24,661 nucleotides of DNA from a virus (taxonomy: Duplodnaviria; Caudoviricetes). The DNA is taken from IMG/VR virus record IMGVR_UViG_3300017988_000034, positions 1 through 24,661 of that record; one strand, 5' to 3'. The notes under the pieces were generated by a model. It saw only the letters and a list, made by a program, of their open reading frames with translations. It made no database searches and was not told the DNA's origin. Below, in pieces: positions 9,303-16,421 of this stretch (its first letter is position 1; each line of letters opens with the position of its first letter). The translations under genes were made by a program, and so were the position numbers.

Positions 9303-9358
9303 TTTTAGTCCTTTCTTTCTAAATATTTAATTGCGCTATTTAAAATAGCTCGGCGCTC

Positions 9359-9526
9359 TTAGTCTTTTACGTATTCGGTAATGGGCACGCTGCATTCGCC
9401 GGAAAGCAAGCGAGCACTTGTACTGTCAACGACTATTTCCGCATGCGGATCGCAATTGTCGTTTAGAAACTTAACCAACGGACGAGCAAGAGCCTCGAAC
9501 TGTTCCATCTGTTCCTTCGTTACCAT
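9359..9526 (-). CDS. Small conserved phage hypothetical protein (55 aa), apparently a foreign insertion
   Basis: Start reassigned to ATG 9526 (RBS AGGAGG). FEALARPLVKFLNDNCDPHAEIVVDSTSARLLSGE resembles a small phage family (FE.AARPLIK.L....HPH...IV....AELL.G). About 49% GC by hand count, visibly above its neighbours. Confidence 0.75.
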   Translation of the reverse strand: MVTKEQMEQFEALARPLVKFLNDNCDPHAEIVVDSTSARLLSGECSVPITEYVKD

Positions 9527-9536
9527 GTATTCCTCC

Positions 9537-9584
9537 TGGTGTACTTGCATCGTTAATGTCAAATCCTTTGTAAATCAATGACAT
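9537..9584 (-). pseudogene. Orphan duplicate of the 5' end of the 8715..9302 gene
   Basis: ATG 9584 with strong RBS AAAGGAGA encodes MSLIYKGFDINDASTP versus MSTNYKQFDINDASTP of the intact gene (13/16 identical); the frame then runs into unrelated sequence and stops at 9471. Confidence 0.85.
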
Positions 9585-9599
9585 ATAAAATCTCCTTTG

Positions 9600-9935
9600 T
9601 TAACCACAATCAACACAATCATTTGGCGAAGTTCTTCGTCGTTTCTTTTCTTTTGGAATTACAATAGCGTCCTGTGGTTTACTTTGGTTAATAGCTATTT
9701 GTTGAGCGATTAATTGATCCTTAGCTTCTTCTTCTAATTCTTGTTGTTTCTTCTTATTAGCTAAAGCTATTAGAACTAGTTCATTTGCTTTAGCCACAAC
9801 TGAATCCATGTCAACTTCTTTAGCAGAAGAATGTTGTTTGACAATTTCTTCTTGAGCTTCGTTATAAACTGTTTTCCATGTTCCATCAGGAAAATTAATG
9901 CATTTCGGATATTGATTGCAATCTTCACAAGGCAT
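9600..9935 (-). CDS. Hypothetical protein of head module with terminal CxxC pairs
   Basis: 111 aa, RBS AAAGGA; YPK...V.NEAQEE resembles small proteins found after P22-like coat genes; CEDC at the N-terminus and CVDC at the C-terminus. Confidence 0.7.
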   Translation of the reverse strand: MPCEDCNQYPKCINFPDGTWKTVYNEAQEEIVKQHSSAKEVDMDSVVAKANELVLIALANKKKQQELEEEAKDQLIAQQIAINQSKPQDAIVIPKEKKRRRTSPNDCVDCG

Positions 9936-9976
9936 TTTTAATTCCTTTGTTCGCAGTTCTTTGGGTTGAACTGTCG

Positions 9977-10750
9977 TTAAACCAATTTTTCTAATTGAGC
10001 GATTGAAGATTTAGAAATAGTATGAAGCGTATTAAGATCTTTAATAATCTCTTTAATACTTCTAGGATCTTCTTTTTGTTTTAGTTCAATTAGATATTTA
10101 TGATAATTTCCAATGTATTCTTTCTGTCCGACATGAATCAGATTGATTCGTGGTTCGATCCAAATTTTTTCACCTGATTCTCGAACCTTTTCACAAAAGA
10201 CAACGTCTTCACCATAACGTAAAGCGTTTTTAATTTTGCATTCAAAATAATTATGAATGACTTCACCTTTTTCATTATAGTAGCATTGTCCTTCTAAATT
10301 AGTTTTGGATAAGATATTTGAAAAAATTTCTTTCTTAATTCTTAGAAAAGCTCCACCAACAAAGTCCGCTTCAATCAAACCATGTTTTGCATCACAAACT
10401 GGTGTTCGATCTTCGTGAGTTTTAATAACCGTAGCCCAGCTATCTGGATCTTCGTTCTTAAAATGCCCTACACCAGCCGTTACACCATAAGGGCTTTGAA
10501 GTAGTTGATAGAAACCTTCAATATCCCATCCCATATCTGCGTCGATGAAGATCAAATCAGTGCAATCAGAATTCATAAACCGAGCGCATAAAGCGTTACG
10601 AGCCCGGTCTATGAATGTATCTCCGCTTTCAGTGAAGTATTCCCATTCGATTTTCGCTAATGTGAGTACTTTCAATGTGAGCGTCAAAGAATTAATGTAT
10701 TGAACAGTTGCTGTCCCATTGTACATGGGTGTTGCAATTGCAATTTTCAT
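9977..10750 (-). CDS. Glycosyltransferase-like protein, GT-A fold (GT2-like)
   Basis: MKIAIATPMYNG, IDRARNAL...FM.SDCTDLIFIDADMGW (DxD), GGAFLRIKKEIF, YGEDVVFC......GEKIWIEP.I.L.HVG..EY.G. Confidence 0.88.
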   Translation of the reverse strand: MKIAIATPMYNGTATVQYINSLTLTLKVLTLAKIEWEYFTESGDTFIDRARNALCARFMNSDCTDLIFIDADMGWDIEGFYQLLQSPYGVTAGVGHFKNEDPDSWATVIKTHEDRTPVCDAKHGLIEADFVGGAFLRIKKEIFSNILSKTNLEGQCYYNEKGEVIHNYFECKIKNALRYGEDVVFCEKVRESGEKIWIEPRINLIHVGQKEYIGNYHKYLIELKQKEDPRSIKEIIKDLNTLHTISKSSIAQLEKLV

Positions 10751-10820
10751 GTTATCCCTTTCGTAGATGAACTACGGATTTAGTCCTGACGATATGCATC
10801 AGTGCATTTATTGCAATTGG

Positions 10821-11102
10821 TTAAGCAATCAGACCAATTCCACCTTGCTGAGCGCTGAGTGCTGTAACAATAGCATTAACATCAGCAACAATTGCATTAG
10901 CCTGCGCGGAAGTAAATCCGTAAGCAGACGTAGTTGCTACGGTTGTAGCTACCAAAGCAATCGTTGACGCCTGAACGACGGGTGTTGCGCCGTACATTCC
11001 GATTTTGTCTGTAGCGCTAACGCCGAGATCAGAACCAGAAGGAGATCCTTCCCCAATTCTTTCGATTCCATTAGCACCAAAACCTACTGTCGAAATAGTC
11101 AT
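10821..11102 (-). CDS. Probable capsid decoration / head-fibre-like small protein
   Basis: 93 aa directly after the coat gene; G.SATDKIGMYGATPVVQ...AIVTAL...GLIA pattern is typical of small proteins following P22-type coat genes. Function inferred. Confidence 0.6.
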   Translation of the reverse strand: MTISTVGFGANGIERIGEGSPSGSDLGVSATDKIGMYGATPVVQASTIALVATTVATTSAYGFTSAQANAIVADVNAIVTALSAQQGGIGLIA

Positions 11103-11135
11103 ATTGCCATCCTTTGTAAGAAATTTGTGAACAAT

Positions 11136-11174
11136 GAAATAAGAAGTGAAGACAGTTTTTAGTTGTCTTCACTT
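11136..11174 (-). terminator. Probable intrinsic terminator/attenuator after the coat gene
   Basis: Perfect 11-bp inverted repeat AAGTGAAGACA (11144-11154) / TGTCTTCACTT (11164-11174), followed on the minus strand by CTTATTTC; starts 13 nt after the coat stop. Confidence 0.65.
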
Positions 11175-11187
11175 AGAACCCTGGTGG

Positions 11188-12426
11188 TTACTTATCGGAC
11201 AGAATCAAAGTAGCAACTTCAGGTCTGATCGTTGTCCAACCATACAGAACATCAATACGACAAGGGAGGTTGTCGTTATTGATATCGTACTGACGGATGA
11301 TCCTACAAGAAATGCCATCATACACTTCACGAGCTGCAAAATCGACGCCTTTCGGCATAACCAAGTCCGCAGTCACGAGTGTGAAAGCGTCTTTGTGATG
11401 AGCCATATTAGTTGTGTAGGTCGAAGAAGCAGCTCCAACAAATGTTAACTGAGCGCCTGCATCAGGAGAAGCTGTAACAGTCTGCGTTGCGCCAGTCAAA
11501 ATGATCGAAGGACTGATGTTCAATGTCACATATCCACCAGCAGCAGCGGTAGCAGCAGTAACAACGAAAGTCTGAGCTACGCCTGTGTCCTGTTTCGTTT
11601 CAGGGTTGACTGTGTTGACCGCAGTTCCTGAAGTAACGTAGAACAGGTCACCAACTGCGAAAGTATGCGTTGTGGCATTTGAACAAACAAGCTGATTGCC
11701 GGACTGGTTAGCAGTATAGACAGTTGTTTCACCAGTAGCAACACGAGTTCCACAAGTATGTCTCTGAACATTCTGGTCCATGTGGAAATCAAATCCTAAC
11801 GAATTTCCCATTTCACCTTTGTGGTACTGTTCGGAGATCAAATCCTGAGGATTGTACAAGCCGCTCAAACCTGCAACCGATGTAGCCTGGGCGTAAGGAC
11901 TAAGTACAATGGCTCGTTCATCAAGCGGCGTGTTATAAATCGACAACTGAGCGCCGGCATTCAAGAATACGCCAGGCGATTTGTTGTTTGTAGCATCACC
12001 AAGATCGTAAGCAGGAGCACCAACCCAGTTATACACGTTGTTGTTCAGTGCAAGACCATCAGCGTCGATCGTAGAAGCCAGAAGCAAAGCAGCCGGCTTG
12101 ATGTACCTGTCGGAGAAGTCGTCGATTGTCAATGTGAGATCGGCGGAACTGAACCGCATGTCAACGCCTTTTTGCGTTGTACAGTTAACAGTTACGTAAT
12201 CTTCAGTTGTGTCTTGAACCTGAATCGCTGCACCAGTACGAACCTGATAACGGTTAGGCTTTCTAACCCTCAAGCTAGGACCGATCTTACCGGACATTGT
12301 CGCGCCGGAGTTCGCGAAGTCTGAGTTGTACTGTCTATTAATAGTCTTCGTAAAAGTCAAGTTTGCGTGAAGAATCATCAAGAATTCACGCGTAATCGCA
12401 GTTGGGGACAGAAGTGTATTAGCCAT
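11188..12426 (-). CDS. Major capsid protein, P22 coat (gp5) family
   Basis: MANTLLSPTAITRE.L.IL..NL, KIG.SLRVRKP, QKGVD..FSSADLTLTIDDFSDRY.KPA, QYDINND..PCRIDVLYGW..IRPE are diagnostic of P22-type coat proteins. Confidence 0.95.
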   Translation of the reverse strand: MANTLLSPTAITREFLMILHANLTFTKTINRQYNSDFANSGATMSGKIGPSLRVRKPNRYQVRTGAAIQVQDTTEDYVTVNCTTQKGVDMRFSSADLTLTIDDFSDRYIKPAALLLASTIDADGLALNNNVYNWVGAPAYDLGDATNNKSPGVFLNAGAQLSIYNTPLDERAIVLSPYAQATSVAGLSGLYNPQDLISEQYHKGEMGNSLGFDFHMDQNVQRHTCGTRVATGETTVYTANQSGNQLVCSNATTHTFAVGDLFYVTSGTAVNTVNPETKQDTGVAQTFVVTAATAAAGGYVTLNISPSIILTGATQTVTASPDAGAQLTFVGAASSTYTTNMAHHKDAFTLVTADLVMPKGVDFAAREVYDGISCRIIRQYDINNDNLPCRIDVLYGWTTIRPEVATLILSDK

Positions 12427-12446
12427 TATAAGCCATTCCTTTCAAA

Positions 12447-13292
12447 TTATGTTTTACGTTGTAAAGGCTTATTCCGGGCGAATTTTTGTTCGCGTCGTTT
12501 TTTCATCCAATCGTCGATTGGGGCCTTTGCATCGTTGAAATCAAGTTCGCCTGTTGTAGTTCCACCAGCATTTACTGGTTTCACAGGAGCAGGAGCCTGT
12601 GATTGTTTCTTCGGTTCAACCTTCTTTTTAGAAGCTAATTCAGTTTCAAGCTTTAGTTCTAATCTTCCGATTGTTCGAGCTGCAGTGCCTGAACTCATAT
12701 TGTTCAAGGCATTCGCTTCGTCTGGATGACTAGCAAGATAATACCTAAGATTCGGTCCAAGATCTGAAGTGACAATTGCATCGAGTACTGCCTGATGTTT
12801 GATCGGAATATCAGCGTTTTCTGCGATAACTTCGTCGTAATCTGGTATTTCTTGTCTAACTTGAGCTTCTTTAGCTCTAAAACTTTGTTCAGCTGAACTT
12901 TGCTGAGCATGGACAGTTGCTTGACGTTGGACTTCTGGAAGTCGTTCATTCAACTTGAAGTCGGTGAGCGCTTCCATATAAGATGAGTCATCATTAAATT
13001 GTCGACGATCAGGTTTCGGTTGGGACACTTGCTGCTGTTGATTACCATTGACACGAGTTGCCAACTGATCAAGTTGGGCTTGCAATGCATAATTTCTAGC
13101 AGTAAGTTTGTCGATCCTTTTCTGAAATCTGTCGCCATGCTTAGGCTCTTCAGTCTTTTCCTTTTTGTCGCTGTCAGTAGTCGGTTGTTCTGTCTTCGTT
13201 TCTACTGGAGCGGGTTCTGAAGTGCTTGACGCATTTTCTGATGACGTCGGTTCTTCTACTTTAACTTCTTCTACTGCTTGTTCTTCTGACAT
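12447..13292 (-). CDS. Scaffolding protein
   Basis: Acidic low-complexity N-terminus, FQKRIDKLT, KP....F.....Y.EALTD, PDYDEVI, SDLGP.L.YYLA.HPDEA, IGRLE.KL, APAPVKPV, DDWMKKR; lies between portal and coat. Confidence 0.9.
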   Translation of the reverse strand: MSEEQAVEEVKVEEPTSSENASSTSEPAPVETKTEQPTTDSDKKEKTEEPKHGDRFQKRIDKLTARNYALQAQLDQLATRVNGNQQQQVSQPKPDRRQFNDDSSYMEALTDFKLNERLPEVQRQATVHAQQSSAEQSFRAKEAQVRQEIPDYDEVIAENADIPIKHQAVLDAIVTSDLGPNLRYYLASHPDEANALNNMSSGTAARTIGRLELKLETELASKKKVEPKKQSQAPAPVKPVNAGGTTTGELDFNDAKAPIDDWMKKRREQKFARNKPLQRKT

Positions 13293-13344
13293 AGGATGCT
13301 CCTACGGATTAAGCCTAGCCATCGGACTAGTGCGTTGGTGTAAT

Positions 13345-15522
13345 CTATTGGCCCATTGGATTCTGGTTGGCCTGTGTGCCCCCAATGAATCCAGGTTGTG
13401 TCTGTTGAGGTAAGACCTGCCTGACTGGTTGAAGGTTTAAATTCACTGGCGCTGGTTGTGTATGTCTTTGAAGATTCTGGTTCATTTTATGAAGATCAAC
13501 GCCATGCTGAACTGCCTGTGTTAAGAAATCATGTTGATTGTTCATATCCGCTCGATCAAGTTCTGTTTGAGCTTTGATAATCGTCTTCTGAAGTTCAACA
13601 TCACGATCCATAGACTTATCTTTAAGTTGAGCTTCCATTCCTTGGATGATCTGCTGCATTTGCATATTTTCTTGCATTGTCTGTTGATGAGCTTGCATCA
13701 GCTTTTGCATATCACCAACCATTTCTTGAATTTGGCTAGGCGTCATTTTACCACCAGGATTTGTAGTATCAACAATGACGCCAGGATTGGTGTTCTGAAT
13801 CATGCGTTTAAGACGATCTGCAGCTTCATCAGATAATGGAAAATCCAATTGTCTCATAAGAATATCTGCGGTGATTGTACCAACTTGTGGCAAAGCTGTG
13901 ATGATGTTGATCAAATTCTGAGCTGTTTCTACACGCTTTGTTTCGTATGTTGGTCCAACATCAACAAGAATTTCATATTCACCAACTGACATATCGTATA
14001 TCTCATCCTGATCTTCAGATTCTTGATTTAGCTCGACGATTTTGTCAGTCATATCTTCACCCAAGATACGCACAGTTCTTGCAGTGTCGTAGATCTTCGG
14101 AATCATGTCAACAAGAATACGTCCTAAGTGATGAGTAGCGATTTGCATATTAGCCATGAAGTGATAATTACTGTTATCGCCTTCTTTCTGACGAGCAATG
14201 ATTGCACGACCTGAAGTTTCATTGCCAGGAGCGCCGAGACTTGCATCAAAAACGCCTGTGACTGCTTTTAGATTGTCAACAGCCATTGACATGCCTTGGA
14301 GAACACTAGCGCCAGCATCAGCAGGTTGAGTTCTTTGAGGTGGCGGAACTGTTTGACCATCTAATGAAGTCGGTTTATAGACAAGAACTGCGTGATTTTT
14401 CTGGTTAGCAGTCTGCCAATCTGATTTGAAGTCTTCGATTTGCCCTTCTGCAGCAACCCATGGAGCACGAGGCGCTAAAGCCACAGATTCAGCAAACGAT
14501 GAATACATATAATTGAACATTCGTTGTGGATCTTTAGCGAAACGAATCATAGAAATATATGTTTTTACACCATTTTCGTTGATTTCTTGTCCTAAAACGG
14601 GAATCACTGGAATATATTTACCAACCCAATCCCGTCGTTCTAAAATATCATACTGTGTGAGCAAATACCATTTGATTTCGTGTGTTTCAATATCTCTAGT
14701 TCGAACAACGTCTTTAGGATTCTTTGGTTTTTCTTTTGTTGTAGTTCCATCACGAAGTAAATATAGTTTTTTAGTGTCATAAATAACGTCAAAATATTCA
14801 GCGACATAAATATAGTCTTTAGAAATCCAGTTTGGATCACCGGTTCCTTGAAGTTCATAGTTATCTGTTTTGACGTTCGGATATTTGCGATAGAATTCTT
14901 CTTTAGACATCTTCGATCGGATAAAACAAAATGGAGCATCAGAATAATCTAACTGACGACATAAATGAATAGGGAAATAAACCGCAAATGGATTCTCACA
15001 TCGATCGATTTTGATGATCTGATCAAAAGATTCGTCATTACAATAGTCAGTCAAGACACGAATATAACCAAAACCATTCACAACCTGATATAACGATGCA
15101 GTGTCAAGAGCTGTTTTGGCATCGCCGTTCGTCATAATTGATCGAACTAAGCCGTCAACTACAGAAGCGTTGTCTTTATACTGATCAGCAGTTGGACGAA
15201 TTTTGATTGCTGGTCTGTTCTTTCTCATATCATTGACAATTTGATTGACGAAAGCAGGTAGTCGGTTGACAGTCATTGCAGGACGTCGATCATCAGCCCT
15301 ATCTTTGATGATAGATTCTAGCCATTGTTGACCATTAATGAAAAGCACGTCTTCTAATGCTTCCGCACGAATCTTATCAGAAGCGTCAAGACATTGTTTA
15401 AAACGTTCTATAGCAACACTAAGAATGCGTTCGTCAGATCCTGGCTCCCCTTCAGCATAGGGATAAGGATCATCGGCCTTCGTTGTGCCGCCAGAACTGA
15501 TTTCATTTGTTGTTGTTGACAT
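13345..15522 (-). CDS. Portal protein, P22 gp1-like
   Basis: 725 aa; F..GQQW, RPAMTVNRLP.FVNQIVND.R.NRP.IK, KYIP.IPV.G, AKDPQRMFNY, APRAPW, NETSGRAI.ARQ.EGD, IPKIYDT.R.VRILGED, VGP.Y.TKR. Confidence 0.95.
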   Translation of the reverse strand: MSTTTNEISSGGTTKADDPYPYAEGEPGSDERILSVAIERFKQCLDASDKIRAEALEDVLFINGQQWLESIIKDRADDRRPAMTVNRLPAFVNQIVNDMRKNRPAIKIRPTADQYKDNASVVDGLVRSIMTNGDAKTALDTASLYQVVNGFGYIRVLTDYCNDESFDQIIKIDRCENPFAVYFPIHLCRQLDYSDAPFCFIRSKMSKEEFYRKYPNVKTDNYELQGTGDPNWISKDYIYVAEYFDVIYDTKKLYLLRDGTTTKEKPKNPKDVVRTRDIETHEIKWYLLTQYDILERRDWVGKYIPVIPVLGQEINENGVKTYISMIRFAKDPQRMFNYMYSSFAESVALAPRAPWVAAEGQIEDFKSDWQTANQKNHAVLVYKPTSLDGQTVPPPQRTQPADAGASVLQGMSMAVDNLKAVTGVFDASLGAPGNETSGRAIIARQKEGDNSNYHFMANMQIATHHLGRILVDMIPKIYDTARTVRILGEDMTDKIVELNQESEDQDEIYDMSVGEYEILVDVGPTYETKRVETAQNLINIITALPQVGTITADILMRQLDFPLSDEAADRLKRMIQNTNPGVIVDTTNPGGKMTPSQIQEMVGDMQKLMQAHQQTMQENMQMQQIIQGMEAQLKDKSMDRDVELQKTIIKAQTELDRADMNNQHDFLTQAVQHGVDLHKMNQNLQRHTQPAPVNLNLQPVRQVLPQQTQPGFIGGTQANQNPMGQ

Positions 15523-15701
15523 TAGTTATCCTGTTTTCCTTTAATATGCTTAACGAATTCCGTGTATAACTCTTCAATTGACTTATCTTGTGCATCAGGT
15601 TCCTTTATACGTTCTTCTAACCATTTTTCTGCAATGCCATCAATCAAATCAAGGACTTCAGGTGATCTCTGTTGAATTTTTCTTCGTTGTTCGCGATTCA
15701 T
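15522..15701 (-). CDS. Small hypothetical protein (59 aa), not in ORF track
   Basis: MNREQRRKIQQRSPEVLDLIDGIAEKWLEERIKEPDAQDKSIEELYTEFVKHIKGKQDN*; fills the gap, and its TAA overlaps the portal ATG (TAATG). Confidence 0.75.
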   Translation of the reverse strand: MNREQRRKIQQRSPEVLDLIDGIAEKWLEERIKEPDAQDKSIEELYTEFVKHIKGKQDN

Positions 15702-15738
15702 GGATAACTTTCTTGTTCACGATTCATGAACTATGAAC

Positions 15739-16188
15739 TTAATGTGGACGTACTTTTGCTAATGTTTTTGCTAGACTGGCTTGTTTCTTAGTATGTGTAG
15801 AAGCTTTCGATCCTTTGGCTAAAACTTTAGAAGCAAAGCCAGCTGTTGATTTATGAGCGGCTTTAGCTTTAGCTGCAAACTGTCCATGTGCATGAGCGAC
15901 GGCTTTCTGAATCCACATTTTACTATGAGTTTCGAAATGTTGACCGGCAGCCATATTATGAATAGCAGCTTTCTGAAGATGATCAGCAGCAGATTCGTGG
16001 TCATGATCTTGAACCATTCTTGCAGCAGACATATGATCGCTAGCTGCTTGAAGATGTTCTTGAACAGGCAATGTTTTAATCGACATTGTATTACCTGGGG
16101 CGGCGTTCGGACCTTTCAATGCAGGCGAAGTTTCCATTCGTTTTTGGACGAACGTCTTCATTCCAGGTGTGCTATAAGCTTCTTGCAT
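15739..16188 (-). CDS. Hypothetical protein with His/Ala-rich helix and basic C-terminal domain
   Basis: RBS AGGAGA; C-terminal WIQKAV...KKQASLAKTLAKV resembles small basic phage proteins seen near terminase/portal genes. Confidence 0.75.
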   Translation of the reverse strand: MQEAYSTPGMKTFVQKRMETSPALKGPNAAPGNTMSIKTLPVQEHLQAASDHMSAARMVQDHDHESAADHLQKAAIHNMAAGQHFETHSKMWIQKAVAHAHGQFAAKAKAAHKSTAGFASKVLAKGSKASTHTKKQASLAKTLAKVRPH

Positions 16189-16197
16189 TTGTTCCTC

Positions 16198-16389
16198 CTA
16201 CTTACGTTTCTCTTCAGAACGTTTATTGACGTATTCTTTCATGCCCTTAGAACTAAATCCATGCCCATGTTTATCTGAAACATGATAAGGAAGTTTCTTG
16301 CCTTTTTGTGTATGAGCGGCGAATTCCTTCGCCACAGCTGGTTCATGGATAAATAAATAGGCGCGTTGAGCTTCAGATTTGAAAGGCAT
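16198..16389 (-). CDS. Small basic conserved phage protein
   Basis: MPFKSEAQRAYL...P.VAKEF..HT.KGKKLP.HV matches a recurrent phage family found next to terminase genes. Confidence 0.8.
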   Translation of the reverse strand: MPFKSEAQRAYLFIHEPAVAKEFAAHTQKGKKLPYHVSDKHGHGFSSKGMKEYVNKRSEEKRK

Positions 16390-16421
16390 TTTGGTAACTT
16401 TTGTTAAGATTGTGAAATTGG

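Noticed and set aside
7109-9584. Diversity-generating retroelement or invertible shufflon as the cause of the duplicated gene ends
   Set aside because: Differences are synonymous and not adenine-specific, copies are in direct orientation and very short, and no reverse transcriptase or recombinase is in the window.
8067-10750. Glycosyltransferases as gtrABC-type serotype conversion genes
   Set aside because: No flippase or polytopic membrane partner, no evident transmembrane helices, and the genes are embedded in the late structural operon.
10759-10802. Hammerhead ribozyme (CTGATG...GAAA on the minus strand)
   Set aside because: The core reads CUGAUGC rather than CUGANGA, the CTGATG is itself paired in a local hairpin, and no stem I/III with a cleavage triplet could be built.
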